The translations under genes and the position numbers were made by a program. Below, piece after piece: positions 39,405-50,062 of a stretch of 64,000 bases of DNA (position 1 is the first letter of the stretch; each line of letters opens with the position of its first letter). Under the pieces are notes generated by a model. That model searched no databases. It saw only the letters and a program-made list of their open reading frames with translations, and had not been told where the DNA came from. Origin of the DNA: Gammaproteobacteria bacterium. Its GTDB lineage: Bacteria > Pseudomonadota > Gammaproteobacteria > HIGHO2-12-38-15. The DNA is taken from the NCBI GenBank assembly GCA_016218405.1, contig JACREE010000014.1:4988-68987 (forward strand), in the 5' to 3' direction.

Positions 39405-39986
39405 TTAAAGTTTCACGGTGTAATTTTCTTTTTGCTGAACTTGATCACTAGGCAAAGCCCAATAGACAAAGCTTTTATACAGTTTAGGGAAAAGCCCCAC
39501 CACTATTGATTCAAAAAATGATTTTTGAGCTACATTGTACTGCTCAATACTGTCGTTATACGCTTGCTTAGCAAACGCTAATTTGTTTTCTGTACTGACA
39601 ATTTCTTCCTGCAACTGCAACACATTTTGATTAGCTTTAAGATCAGGATACTGCTCAAACGTTAAGTTTAAGCCCGACACTACTTTAGAAATACCATCTT
39701 CCGCTGCGCGTCGCCCCGACTCATCACCCGCGGCTTCTGCCTGCTGCGCCTTATTACGCAATGCCACCACGTCTTTGAGTGTTGTCTGTTCATAATCCAT
39801 GTATTTTTTAACAACATTGATGAGCGATTCAAATACTTTGTAACGTCGATCTAGCTGAATATCGATTTGTTTTTCATTGTTGTTCACCGCTTCTATCAGG
39901 GCAATGAGTTTGTTGTAAATCATGACCATCCATGCACCCAACGCCAGGAATATAATCAGCAACAGGATTACAATCGTCATCTTCAA
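39405..39986 (-). CDS. lemA: LemA family protein
   Basis: N-terminal TM helix plus the conserved LemA core (MIYNKLIALIEAVNNNEKQIDIQLDRRYKVFESLINVVK...LAFAKQAYNDSIEQYN). Confidence 0.8.
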   Translation of the reverse strand: MKMTIVILLLIIFLALGAWMVMIYNKLIALIEAVNNNEKQIDIQLDRRYKVFESLINVVKKYMDYEQTTLKDVVALRNKAQQAEAAGDESGRRAAEDGISKVVSGLNLTFEQYPDLKANQNVLQLQEEIVSTENKLAFAKQAYNDSIEQYNVAQKSFFESIVVGLFPKLYKSFVYWALPSDQVQQKENYTVKL

Positions 39987-40187
39987 CCTCCATTAAGAAC
40001 TTACATCACAAATGTGATACTTGAATATCGTACCTGAAGGAATGCCATGTTTATACCCCTTGTATCTGAAGGGGTATGTAGCAAGTTGCCCCCCTGTGTT
40101 GAGTATGTGATAATCGCCACTGGACCTGCTTGGGCAAAATTAGAAACATATTGCACCAGCCCTTATTATTCGAAAATGGAGTTTCTC

Positions 40188-40808
40188 ATGAAATCCTTCC
40201 CCCTCATTCCTGCTGCAATACTCGCTGCTACAGCCGCGTTTTTTACCCATGCTGCACAAGCTGTCGCTGTCCCAAACGGCGCGTTACCTGGTTTTTATTT
40301 GGGCGGTCAAATGGGTTACACCCAACTGGGTTATGATGATGGTGATTTTACCAATAGCTCAAGCATCACACGCGTGAATAACGATGGTATAGGTGGCCGC
40401 GTTTATTTTGGCTACCAAATCAATCACTACTTTGGTGCTGAAGCAGGTTATACCCTGTACGGCATGGCGCGGGTCACAGGGTTCAATAACAATTCTAGCC
40501 TAGGGGGTGACATTCGCCATCAAGCCCTTGATATCGTGCTAAAAGGAACCTATCCCCTTGTAGACAGTGGTTTTAATATTTATGGGAAAGCAGGTGTTGC
40601 GTTTGTAAAAGAAACAGCGTCTCAAACGCTAATTACCGCAGCCGATTATTCTGACAACAACGCCACGCTTTTCACTTATGGTGCAGGCGCCACTTATAAT
40701 ATTTGGCCGCAAGTACCCCTTGAATTCTCTTGGACACAGGTTTTACATAACAATGAAATTGCCAACTCAAGCTTGGCCGCTATCGGTATTGGTTACTACT
40801 TTGGCTAA
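40188..40808 (+). CDS. small outer membrane beta-barrel protein (OmpA-like transmembrane/OMP_b-brl family), paralog 1
   Basis: Signal peptide MKSFPLIPAAILAATAAFFTHAAQA. Alternating amphipathic strands. C-terminal aromatic (YYFG). Start ATG at 40188 with GGAG RBS. Confidence 0.55.
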   Translation: MKSFPLIPAAILAATAAFFTHAAQAVAVPNGALPGFYLGGQMGYTQLGYDDGDFTNSSSITRVNNDGIGGRVYFGYQINHYFGAEAGYTLYGMARVTGFNNNSSLGGDIRHQALDIVLKGTYPLVDSGFNIYGKAGVAFVKETASQTLITAADYSDNNATLFTYGAGATYNIWPQVPLEFSWTQVLHNNEIANSSLAAIGIGYYFG

Positions 40809-40839
40809 CGCGTTGACCAACCAATCAGATTGAGCCCCT

Positions 40840-41421
40840 ATGAAAAGAAAATTGTCCACCTTTTTACTCGGGTTGACCTTAAGCAGTACAGCACAGGCTG
40901 TTTTTCCTGGACCCTATGCGGGCATCACCCTTGGCGAAGCCTTCACAAATTATTCCGCTTCCAACACGGGTCTGGCCTCCGCAACGGTAGATAATACAGG
41001 GCTCGGTGGCTCCCTCTATGGTGGGTATCAATTTAATATGAATTGGGGTGTAGAACTGGCGTATGTACAGTTTCCCTCAACAAAATTTGACAATGTTGTC
41101 GGTGGCGCCAACAGCACAGGCACGGTCAATGAAAATGCCATAGAAATCATGATAAAAGGAACCGTTCCTATCAGTGATGCGGGTTTTAACATCACTGCCA
41201 AGGCGGGTGCAGCCTACCTCAATGCCACCGCATCACATACTTTTTCTAACGTCAGCGGCGCCCCCAACCAAGGACGGCTCTTACCTGCCTATGGCGTTGG
41301 TTTCAGCTATGATGTTACCTCCTCCACCCCGCTGGAAATCAGCTGGTCTCGCATCCAAAATGGCGGCAACATGCAAAGCGCCGATTTGCTGGGGCTCAGC
41401 TTGACTTATTTTTTTAACTGA
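40840..41421 (+). CDS. small outer membrane beta-barrel protein, paralog 2
   Basis: Same architecture as the upstream gene, with matching blocks (YGGYQFN vs YFGYQIN, KGTVPISDAGFNITAKAGAAYL vs KGTYPLVDSGFNIYGKAGVAFV) and C-terminal TYFFN. Confidence 0.55.
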   Translation: MKRKLSTFLLGLTLSSTAQAVFPGPYAGITLGEAFTNYSASNTGLASATVDNTGLGGSLYGGYQFNMNWGVELAYVQFPSTKFDNVVGGANSTGTVNENAIEIMIKGTVPISDAGFNITAKAGAAYLNATASHTFSNVSGAPNQGRLLPAYGVGFSYDVTSSTPLEISWSRIQNGGNMQSADLLGLSLTYFFN

Positions 41422-41522
41422 CACGCTTTTTTTAAGGCGTCACACTGCATAGCATGAGTCCTTCAGGTCCGAGCAGGATGTGTTAAAATGCAAACACCTG
41501 ACACACACCCCTCTCACCCTCC

Positions 41523-44099
41523 ATGTCTCACACCCTCGAGTCTTCACAACATACACCCATGATGCAGCAATACTTGCGCATTAAGGCGCAGCATCCTCAT
41601 ATGCTTTTGTTTTATCGCATGGGTGATTTTTATGAACTTTTTTATGATGATGCGAAGAAAGCAGCTCGATTACTGAATGTTACCTTAACGCAACGTGGGC
41701 AATCAGCAGGACAACCCATTCCTATGGCCGGCGTGCCTTATCATGCCGCAGAAACATATTTGGCAAAATTGGTAAAATTAGGTGAATCGGTTGTTATTTG
41801 TGAACAAGTGGGTGATCCTGCCACCAGCAAAGGGCCTGTTGAAAGACAGGTTTCGCGTATCATCACACCCGGCACTGTAATTGACGATGCTTTTTTAGAT
41901 GAAGGTCATGACACTCTGTTACTTGCCATTGCTTATCAGACGCCCCATTTAGGCTTGGCCACACTGAATATGAGCAATGGACGTTTGCACGTTTTACAAT
42001 TAAGCAGCGCCGCCTTGTATGATGAACTTGCACGCTTAAAACCCAGTGAAATTCTTGTGCCTGAAACTTTTCCTTTTATGGCTGACTTAAAAGAATATGC
42101 TGCCGTTAAAAAACGTCCCGACTGGGAGTTTGATTATCACACCGCGCAACGCCTTTTAACTCAACAATTTAAAACAAAAGATTTAACGGGGTTTGGTTGC
42201 GACGATCATCCTCTTGCTGTCGCAGCAGCAGGATGCTTACTCAATTACGCACAAGAAACACAACGAACTGCGCTCACACATCTCCACACCTTTCACGTAG
42301 AACAACCCAGCGAATGGATTTTACTGGATGCACACACACGCCGTAATCTAGAAATCACCGACAACCGGCAAGGCGAAAAAAAACACACTCTATTTCACGT
42401 CTTAGACCACACGGCCACCGCGATGGGACGTCGCCTTCTACAACGATGGTTACATCAACCCTTACGCTCAACAGTCAAAATTAACTTACGCCAACAAGCT
42501 ATCGCTGACTTATTACAAGATTCTACTCTGCATGAACTTCATGATTTACTTCATCAATGCGGTGACATAGAACGCATTTTAGCACGTGTCGCACTTAAAA
42601 CTGCGCGACCTCGTGATCTAGCAAGGCTCCGAGATACGCTACACGTTTTACCTCAAATAAAAATTCACCTTGAAAAATTAAATTCCCCCACCCTACAACA
42701 ATTAAATCAGACTTTATTTGATTTTTCTGCGCTCTCACAATTATTAAACGCGGCTATCGTTCCCCAACCTCCTGCGCTATTACGCGACGGCGGTATTATT
42801 GCAGAAGGCTTTCATGCTGAATTAGACGAATTACGTTTGTTACAAGAAAATGCAGGCGAATTTTTAATTAAATTAGAACAAACAGAGAAAGCACGAACAG
42901 GCATCAATACACTCAAAGTAGGCTACAATAAAATTCACGGTTTTTATATTGAAGTCAGCCGAGGTCAAGCTGAACACGCCCCTGCTGATTACATACGAAG
43001 ACAAACACTTAAAAATGCAGAGCGCTTTATCACACCTGAACTGAAGGCGCATGAAGAAAAAGTGTTAAGCAGTAGTAGCCGCGCACTCGCACTCGAAAAA
43101 GTGATTTACGAACAAATTCTAGATACTTTATGTAATGACATCGTGAGACTGCAAAAAACAGCTACTGCCATTGCCACATTGGACGTCCTCACTAATTTTG
43201 CTGAACGTGCATACACATTGCGTTTAACTCGTCCAGAGTTTTGCGAACAAACGGGCATTCACATCAAAGCAGGCCGCCACTTAATCATTGAACAACTGTC
43301 TGACACGCCTTTCGTGCCAAATTCAACTTTATTAAATTCAGCACAACGCATGCTCATCATCACAGGCCCCAACATGGGCGGGAAATCCACTTATATGCGT
43401 CAAACTGCACTCATCGTGTTACTGGCTTATGTAGGTAGCTTTGTGCCCGCAGAACAAGCACAAATCGGCCCCATTGATCGTATTTTTACACGCATTGGTG
43501 CAAGCGATAATTTAGCACAAGGCCACTCCACCTTCATGGTTGAAATGACGGAAACTGCCGCAATTCTTCATAATGCTACAGAACAAAGTCTTGTGTTACT
43601 CGATGAAATTGGGCGGGGCACAAGCACTTACGATGGCCTTGCACTTGCATTCTCTTGCGCGGATTATCTTGCCACACGTATCCGCGCCTTCACTTTATTT
43701 GCCACACATTATTTTGAACTTACTCGACTCGCCGATGAAATCAGCACCATCAAAAATCATCACGTGGATGTCATTGAACACAAAGACCGTGTCGTGTTTC
43801 TTTATACCTTACTCGAGGGTCCCGCCAGCAAAAGCTATGGCCTACAAGTTGCGGAATTGGCAGGCGTACCTGCCCCTGTTATCGCACTTGCAAAAGAAAA
43901 ATTAAAACAATTAGAGTTGACACCCGCTCTTCCCACGCCCCAAGCTCCCGCAGATAGTTCGCCTTCCTATAGGCCTATCCTAGAAAAATTACACGCCCTT
44001 AATCCTGATTTGCTGACGCCACGCGAAGCCATGGATGTACTTTATCAGCTTAAAAAAGAGTTACACATTTTGATCGACCAAAGGTCGAACACTGCGTGA
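41523..44099 (+). CDS. mutS: DNA mismatch repair protein MutS
   Basis: N-terminus [42 protein letters not shown] is near-identical to E. coli MutS. Walker [10 protein letters not shown]. 858 aa. Confidence 0.95.
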   Translation: MSHTLESSQHTPMMQQYLRIKAQHPHMLLFYRMGDFYELFYDDAKKAARLLNVTLTQRGQSAGQPIPMAGVPYHAAETYLAKLVKLGESVVICEQVGDPATSKGPVERQVSRIITPGTVIDDAFLDEGHDTLLLAIAYQTPHLGLATLNMSNGRLHVLQLSSAALYDELARLKPSEILVPETFPFMADLKEYAAVKKRPDWEFDYHTAQRLLTQQFKTKDLTGFGCDDHPLAVAAAGCLLNYAQETQRTALTHLHTFHVEQPSEWILLDAHTRRNLEITDNRQGEKKHTLFHVLDHTATAMGRRLLQRWLHQPLRSTVKINLRQQAIADLLQDSTLHELHDLLHQCGDIERILARVALKTARPRDLARLRDTLHVLPQIKIHLEKLNSPTLQQLNQTLFDFSALSQLLNAAIVPQPPALLRDGGIIAEGFHAELDELRLLQENAGEFLIKLEQTEKARTGINTLKVGYNKIHGFYIEVSRGQAEHAPADYIRRQTLKNAERFITPELKAHEEKVLSSSSRALALEKVIYEQILDTLCNDIVRLQKTATAIATLDVLTNFAERAYTLRLTRPEFCEQTGIHIKAGRHLIIEQLSDTPFVPNSTLLNSAQRMLIITGPNMGGKSTYMRQTALIVLLAYVGSFVPAEQAQIGPIDRIFTRIGASDNLAQGHSTFMVEMTETAAILHNATEQSLVLLDEIGRGTSTYDGLALAFSCADYLATRIRAFTLFATHYFELTRLADEISTIKNHHVDVIEHKDRVVFLYTLLEGPASKSYGLQVAELAGVPAPVIALAKEKLKQLELTPALPTPQAPADSSPSYRPILEKLHALNPDLLTPREAMDVLYQLKKELHILIDQRSNTA

Positions 44100-44108
44100 A
44101 CGCTTACT

Positions 44109-44858
44109 TTATTTTTCCACCAATTGATACAAAACCCGCATTTCTTCCGCATCCAACTCACGGCTTCGACCTGGTCTCAGCAATCGCGGCAAGGTAATCG
44201 AACCATAGCGAACACGAATCAAACGACTCACTTTCACACCCAAAGATTCCCACAACCTTCTAACTTCTCTGTTTTTTCCTTCACGCAAAATCACCTTGTA
44301 CCAATGATTCGCTCCCGTTCCACCCGCGTCCTCCACTTCATCAAAAGCATACTGTACGCCATCCATTTCTACCCCCGACTTTAGTTGTTTAATCATGGAA
44401 GCCGTCACTTCACCCAACACTCTTACTGCGTATTCTCGCTCTACCTCAAATGAGGGATGCATCAATCGATGCGCCAACTCACCATCGGTTGTCAACAATA
44501 ATAATCCTGAGGTATTTAAATCGAGTCTACCCACGGGAATCCATCGACTATTTCTCAATGGAGGCAAATTTTCAAAAATTGTTTTTCTGGCTTGCGGATC
44601 AGACCGCGTACAAATTTCACCTTCCGGCTTATGGTAAATCAAAACACGTTTTTTACTTTTGTCTGTTGAAAACCGTCTTACCAAATGTCCATCTACTTTT
44701 ATTTTATCTTCAGAGGTAACACGCGTCCCTAATTTCGCCACTTCATCATTAATAAGCACACGTCCTTCAGTCATCCAGGCTTCAATTTGACGACGCGACC
44801 CCAAACCTAAACCCGCCAATACTTTTTGTACTTTTTCACTTTCATTTTTTTCAGTCAT
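44109..44858 (-). CDS. rluB: 23S rRNA pseudouridine synthase RluB
   Basis: S4 domain (KVQKVLAGLGLGSRRQIEAWM), RluB-type catalytic core (HPSFEVEREYAVRV), basic C-terminus. The start was chosen at MTEKNESEK. Confidence 0.8.
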   Translation of the reverse strand: MTEKNESEKVQKVLAGLGLGSRRQIEAWMTEGRVLINDEVAKLGTRVTSEDKIKVDGHLVRRFSTDKSKKRVLIYHKPEGEICTRSDPQARKTIFENLPPLRNSRWIPVGRLDLNTSGLLLLTTDGELAHRLMHPSFEVEREYAVRVLGEVTASMIKQLKSGVEMDGVQYAFDEVEDAGGTGANHWYKVILREGKNREVRRLWESLGVKVSRLIRVRYGSITLPRLLRPGRSRELDAEEMRVLYQLVEK

Positions 44859-44860
44859 TA

Positions 44861-46468
44861 TCATCTCTTCGTAACAGGAAAACGCCAATCTTTACCAAAT
44901 GATCGCACAGTCACACGCGGCCCTATGGGTGCTTGCTGTCGTTTGTATTCATTTTTTTTAATTAATGCATTGATTCTTTCAACCATAACAGGTTCATACC
45001 CCAACTTCGCCACAGCTTGCTCAGGTAAGTTTTTTTCAATTAAAGCATGCAACACTTTATCCAACACTTCATAAGGCGGCAAATCATCTTGATCTACCTC
45101 ACCCAGTGATAATTCCGCTGTGGGTGGTCGCGTTAAAATACGTTCTGGAATAATTGCTGCTTGTTCATTGCGATATCTCACCAGACGATACACTTCTGTT
45201 TTATACACATCTTTTAACACATCAAATCCACCCGCCATATCACCGTACAAAGTAGAATACCCCACCGCCACTTCACTTTTATTACTCGTGGTTAACACCA
45301 ACCCATTAAATTTATTTGCCATCGCCATCAATAAAATGGCACGAATTCTTGCTTGTATGTTTTTTTCTGTTACATCAGATGCTCTTCCTTCAAACAAAGG
45401 GGTCAAAGTTTTAAGTAATGAATCGAAAACAGATTCAATCGTCACTTCTTCCGTTTTTACCTCCAAAGCATTTGCCAATGCATAGGCATCTTCTACACTC
45501 ATGCTTGCTGTATAACGCGAAGGCATAATAAGCGCCGTTACTTTATCTGCCCCCAACGCATCCGCTGCCAAAGTCAATACCAAAGCAGAATCAACACCCC
45601 CTGACAACCCTAAAAACACCCGATTAAATTTATTTTTTGTCACATAATCACGCAATGACAAACATAATGCTTCATACAATTGTGCGCAGTCTGTCAAAGG
45701 AGGAGGCATTATTTCAGATGAAGAAACCAGCAAATTTTTTTTATTTTGATGTATCTCAACAAGCACCCTGTCTTCTTTACAAAATGCGGCACATACCTGT
45801 ATTTGACCCTGCGCATCCATTAATAAAGAGCGCCCATCAAAAATCAAATCATCCTGTCCACCCACTTGATTTACATACAACAGGGGCACTTTGTTTTCTT
45901 GAGCACGCTGTTTTAACACATGCGTTCTTGCCGAAAATTTTTTATCATCATAAGGAGAAGCATTAATTGTGATCACCCATTGCGCACCCTGACTCACCGC
46001 TTGCGCGATGGGCGACGGGTACCACACATCTTCACAAATCACCAAACCCGTTTTGATACCTCTACACTCAAACACACAGCCTTGGTGCCCTGGAGTAAAA
46101 TAACGCACCTCATCAAACACACCGTAATTGGGCAGAAAGTGTTTTCTATAATGCGCAATTATTTTATTTTCAAATAACACACTGGCTACATTAAAACGCT
46201 CATCGTTTGTTTTTTCTGGATAACCCAATACAACATAGCAATCCTGACTACAGGCTTTAATTTTTGTCAGCGCTATTTCTATTTTTTCAAACAAGTCATC
46301 ACTCAACAGCAGATCTTCTGGAGGATACCCGGTTAATGCCAACTCCGAAAAAACGACCATGTCTGCCGTATTTTTTTTTGCCCACTGAATTGTCTCTATC
46401 ATTTTTTCTGCGTTACCCAACACATCACCCACGCAGAAATTAAGTTGAGCCATGGCCACTTTTAACAC
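44861..46468 (-). CDS. nadE: glutamine-dependent NAD+ synthetase (nitrilase + NadE domains)
   Basis: N-terminal CN-hydrolase domain (MAQLNFCVGD..., ELALTGYPPEDL). C-terminal NAD synthetase PP-loop (LGLSGGVDSALV). 535 aa. Confidence 0.85.
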   Translation of the reverse strand: MLKVAMAQLNFCVGDVLGNAEKMIETIQWAKKNTADMVVFSELALTGYPPEDLLLSDDLFEKIEIALTKIKACSQDCYVVLGYPEKTNDERFNVASVLFENKIIAHYRKHFLPNYGVFDEVRYFTPGHQGCVFECRGIKTGLVICEDVWYPSPIAQAVSQGAQWVITINASPYDDKKFSARTHVLKQRAQENKVPLLYVNQVGGQDDLIFDGRSLLMDAQGQIQVCAAFCKEDRVLVEIHQNKKNLLVSSSEIMPPPLTDCAQLYEALCLSLRDYVTKNKFNRVFLGLSGGVDSALVLTLAADALGADKVTALIMPSRYTASMSVEDAYALANALEVKTEEVTIESVFDSLLKTLTPLFEGRASDVTEKNIQARIRAILLMAMANKFNGLVLTTSNKSEVAVGYSTLYGDMAGGFDVLKDVYKTEVYRLVRYRNEQAAIIPERILTRPPTAELSLGEVDQDDLPPYEVLDKVLHALIEKNLPEQAVAKLGYEPVMVERINALIKKNEYKRQQAPIGPRVTVRSFGKDWRFPVTKR

Positions 46469-46543
46469 GCAACCCCCGTATCTAAAGAATTGATTTTGCG
46501 CTACAATAACTGGAATTCGCCTGATAAACCAGCAATTTACCCC

Positions 46544-47152
46544 ATGAGCACACTCTATATCATTTGCGCCCCCTCTGGCGCAGGCAAAACAAGCTTAGTC
46601 GCTGCCGCCGTCGCTAGCTTAGAACGAGTGGAGATTTCTGTTTCTCACACCACACGCCCTATGAGACCCGGCGAAAAAGAAGGCATCAACTACCATTTTG
46701 TTAATACCCCCACCTTTCAATCTATGATTACGCATCAAGATTTCTTAGAGCATGCGCTTGTTTTTGATAATCATTATGGCACTTCACGCTCGTTTGTCGC
46801 AGAAAAGCTAAAAAACAATATCGATGTCATTTTAGAAATTGATTGGCAAGGGGCACAACAAATTACAAATTTATTCCAAAATACAGTTTCTATCTTTATC
46901 CTCCCGCCCTCCATGGAAATACTCAGCTCTCGCCTTCGCTTACGCGGCCAGGATAGCGCTGCCGTGATTGAAAAGCGCTTAGCCGAGGCACGCCATGAAA
47001 TTCAACACTATCAAGAATTTGACTACCTCGTGGTTAATGACGATTTTTCACACGCCGTGAACGACCTCAAATCCATTATCACCGCACACCGCCTCTCCCT
47101 GTCCTTGCAAAAACGTACCCAAGCCTCACTTATTCGGGCACTTCTCGCTTAA
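46544..47152 (+). CDS. gmk: guanylate kinase
   Basis: MSTLYIICAPSGAGKTSL P-loop. Start at the internal ATG 46544; the track's 5' extension has no support. Confidence 0.85.
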   Translation: MSTLYIICAPSGAGKTSLVAAAVASLERVEISVSHTTRPMRPGEKEGINYHFVNTPTFQSMITHQDFLEHALVFDNHYGTSRSFVAEKLKNNIDVILEIDWQGAQQITNLFQNTVSIFILPPSMEILSSRLRLRGQDSAAVIEKRLAEARHEIQHYQEFDYLVVNDDFSHAVNDLKSIITAHRLSLSLQKRTQASLIRALLA

Positions 47153-47244
47153 AGCTTCCCTTCGCTCCTCAACTCACTTACAATTGTTCGTTTTGAATAC
47201 TATATTTAATGTTAGAGATGTACCCAAGAGGAGCACACTGAAAA

Positions 47245-47454
47245 ATGGCGCGTATTACCGTAGAAGATTGCCTGGAACATGTTACCAATCGGTTTGAGTT
47301 GGTTTTGGTGGCCACAAAGAGGGCAAGACAGCTCTCTCAAACGAATGCTGACCCCCTTGTCCCTTGGGAAAACGATAAACCAACCGTTGTCGCGCTCAGA
47401 GAAATTGCTCAGGGTCATACCCAATTTGACAAAAAAATTGACGATACACTCTAG
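47245..47454 (+). CDS. rpoZ: DNA-directed RNA polymerase subunit omega
   Basis: [30 protein letters not shown] is nearly the E. coli RpoZ N-terminus. 69 aa. gmk-rpoZ-spoT synteny. Confidence 0.9.
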   Translation: MARITVEDCLEHVTNRFELVLVATKRARQLSQTNADPLVPWENDKPTVVALREIAQGHTQFDKKIDDTL

Positions 47455-47538
47455 TAGGTCGTTTCACTGGAGTCTCAATAAACCCTAGAAGATCTGCTCA
47501 GAAAGATGTCGTGACGCTTACTCATAAGGAAGCCTAGC

Positions 47539-49656
47539 GTGTCATTATTTGACGAACTACGCCATGACTTAATTACTTACCTTGATCGAGAGCAGATTGA
47601 GGTTATTCATCGGGCTTACCTACTCGCCTCAGACGCACACAAACACCAACATCGGCGTAGTGGCGAACCTTATATCACCCACCCCCTGGCTGTTGCACAT
47701 ATCCTCTGTTCCTTGCGAATGGACTACCAAAGCATCAGCGCAGCCATTCTCCATGACACCATGGAGGACACACCCATTGAAAAAAACCAACTCATTGAAG
47801 AATTCGGGCAAGAAATAGCCGATCTCGTTGATGGCGTCAGCAAACTCACCCAAATTGAATTCACCACACGCGAGCAAGCACAAGCTGAAAACTTCCGCAA
47901 AATGTTACTCGCCATGAGTCGTGACATTCGCGTTATTTTAGTCAAACTAGCAGATCGCTTGCACAACATGCGTACCCTAGGTGGGCTCCCTCCTGCAAAA
48001 CAACGTCAGAAAGCCATTGAAACGCTTGAAATCTATGCTCCCATCGCCAGCCGGCTAGGCATGTACGCCTTTAAAATGGAGCTTGAAGAGTTGGGTTTAG
48101 CCACACTTTACCCCTTTCGATATCGCGTACTCCAAACTGCCCTTGAACATGTCACAAAAACACGACAAGCCGCCGTCACACAGATTGAAACGGCTTTAAA
48201 AAGTTGCCTTGAAAAACACCATCTCCCCCCCAGCGCCATTTGGTACCATCAGCGCCATCTTTATACTTTGTACAAAAAAATGAAGCGCGAACATCTCTCC
48301 TTCCAAGAAGTCATCGATTTTTTCTCCTTTCGAATTATCGTCGACAATATCGATGATTGTTACCGCGCACTCGGCGCCATTCACAATCTGTACCGCCCCA
48401 TTCCTGAGCATTTTCGCGACTACATTGCCCTCCCCAAAACCAATCACTACCAAGCCTTACACACTACGCTGTTTGGCCCCAATGGCACTCCCATTGAAAT
48501 TCAAATTCGCACCGCTGAAATGGATGAAAAAGCAGAGCAAGGTATTACTGCACACCTTATCTTCAAGAAAGGCAAAACTCTAAAAGAAATTCAAAGCCAT
48601 ACTCAAAATTGGTTACAAGGTTTAATGGATTTACAACAACAAAACACAGATAATCCTGTCGAATTTATTGAAAATGTTAAAATTGATCTCACCCCTAAAG
48701 AAGTGTATGTCTTCACCCCGAAAGGGCGCATTATGGAACTCCCTCTGGGCGCTACACCTGTTGATTTTGCTTATGCTATACATTCTGATATTGGCAATGC
48801 CTGCATCGCTTCAAAAGTAGATAAACGACTTGTGCCACTGAGCACCCCCCTCAGCAATGGCCAAACCATCGAAATTATTACTGCACCAGGTGCACGCCCC
48901 AACCCAGCCTGGCTTAGCTTTATCATGACAAGTAAAGCACGTAGCCATATTAAAAATTACCTCAAAGAACTTAATCATTCAGAATCAGTGGCATTGGGAG
49001 AACGTTTGCTCAAAGGTGCATTAAAAATAATGGGCACCACACTGAGTAAATTCCCTCATCACGCTTTAAAAAGCACTGCTTCAGAATTGGGTTATCCTTC
49101 AAAAGAAGCGCTCTATGAAGCCATTGGCTTAGGCAATCAAATTGCCACGGTGGTGGCACTGCATCTTGCGGAACAAAATGACACCATCACTCCTCCCAGC
49201 AAAAAGAAAAAACGGGCACTCATCATCAAAGGAAATGAAGGCAGAATTTTGCGTTTTGCTGAATGCTGTCACCCCATTCCAGGCGATCCTATTGCAGGCT
49301 TCTTTGAAACAGGGCAAGGTGTAGTAGTACATACTAAGAACTGCCCTGAGGCGGCGCGCACGCAGACACACAACGAACCAGAACATTATCTTCCTGTGCG
49401 CTGGGGAGAAACCCCCGAGGGCGATTTCAAGGTAAAAATCACGGTAGAAGTGATCAACCAACGCGGCGTCTTAGCTCAAATTACCACAGCCATTTCAGAC
49501 GCAGACGCTGATATTCAGAATGTAAATATTGAAGAACATGACGGCAACTACTGCTCTCTTCATTTCACGATTTTGGTGCGGAACCGCACACACCTAGCAC
49601 GTGTTTTTCGACGCCTTCACTCACTTAACGTTGTTTCTCGCTTAGCGCGCCGGTAA
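47539..49656 (+). CDS. spoT: bifunctional (p)ppGpp synthetase/hydrolase SpoT
   Basis: HD hydrolase motif (HPLAVAHIL...HDTMEDT), synthetase domain, TGS and ACT C-terminal domains. 705 aa. Confidence 0.9.
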   Translation: MSLFDELRHDLITYLDREQIEVIHRAYLLASDAHKHQHRRSGEPYITHPLAVAHILCSLRMDYQSISAAILHDTMEDTPIEKNQLIEEFGQEIADLVDGVSKLTQIEFTTREQAQAENFRKMLLAMSRDIRVILVKLADRLHNMRTLGGLPPAKQRQKAIETLEIYAPIASRLGMYAFKMELEELGLATLYPFRYRVLQTALEHVTKTRQAAVTQIETALKSCLEKHHLPPSAIWYHQRHLYTLYKKMKREHLSFQEVIDFFSFRIIVDNIDDCYRALGAIHNLYRPIPEHFRDYIALPKTNHYQALHTTLFGPNGTPIEIQIRTAEMDEKAEQGITAHLIFKKGKTLKEIQSHTQNWLQGLMDLQQQNTDNPVEFIENVKIDLTPKEVYVFTPKGRIMELPLGATPVDFAYAIHSDIGNACIASKVDKRLVPLSTPLSNGQTIEIITAPGARPNPAWLSFIMTSKARSHIKNYLKELNHSESVALGERLLKGALKIMGTTLSKFPHHALKSTASELGYPSKEALYEAIGLGNQIATVVALHLAEQNDTITPPSKKKKRALIIKGNEGRILRFAECCHPIPGDPIAGFFETGQGVVVHTKNCPEAARTQTHNEPEHYLPVRWGETPEGDFKVKITVEVINQRGVLAQITTAISDADADIQNVNIEEHDGNYCSLHFTILVRNRTHLARVFRRLHSLNVVSRLARR

Positions 49657-49676
49657 CTATTTGTTTTTAACAAACC

Positions 49677-49795
49677 CATAGCACCCGCCCGCCTCCCAGC
49701 TCTGACCGTCATAGCACCGAATGACGCAGCCAAGCAAACATAATCCACATCATGCTGGATTGCTTAGCGAAGCTCGCATGACGGTCAGCAGGAAG
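49677..49795. repeat. GC-rich palindromic MITE/REP-like element (copy 2)
   Basis: CTGACCGTCAT/ATGACGGTCAG inverted repeat and a TGGATTGCTTAGCGAAGC core shared with the element at 20201-20362. Confidence 0.45.
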
Positions 49796-49814
49796 GAGAA
49801 AACGCTGTCGCTAG

Positions 49815-49848
49815 ACATTAGACCTCTTTCAAAAGAAGTCTAATGTCA
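49815..49848 (-). terminator. hairpin downstream of cspA (candidate intrinsic terminator)
   Basis: GACATTAGAC...GTCTAATGTC 10-bp inverted repeat immediately 3' of the cspA stop. The following T-tract is weak. Confidence 0.4.
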
Positions 49849-49855
49849 AATGGTT

Positions 49856-50062
49856 TTAGGCTAATTCAACTTCTTCAGCTTGAGGACCTTTAGGGCCTTG
49901 GCTAGCTTTAAATAACACACTAGCTCCTTCAGGTAGCGTTTTAAACCCGCTGGACTGGATGGCGCTAAAATGAACAAAGTAATCTTTGCCATTGCTTTCA
50001 ATAAAACCAAAACCTTTGCTTTCATTAAACCACTTAACGGTACCACGTACTTTATCTGACAT
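49856..50062 (-). CDS. cspA: cold shock protein (CspA family)
   Basis: [21 protein letters not shown] with RNP1/RNP2 motifs. 68 aa. Confidence 0.9.
   Translation of the reverse strand: MSDKVRGTVKWFNESKGFGFIESNGKDYFVHFSAIQSSGFKTLPEGASVLFKASQGPKGPQAEEVELA

Noticed and set aside
41174-41404. 76-aa alternative-frame ORF inside second OMP gene
   Set aside because: Same strand but a different frame from the signal-peptide-bearing OMP ORF. Pro/Ala-rich with no start context.
43573-43905. 110-aa alternative-frame ORF inside mutS
   Set aside because: Out of frame relative to MutS, which aligns to E. coli MutS across this region.
46490-46543. 18-codon 5' extension of gmk in the ORF track
   Set aside because: The P-loop guanylate kinase begins MSTLYIICAPSGAGKTS. 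The extension has no homology support and starts in the nadE upstream region.
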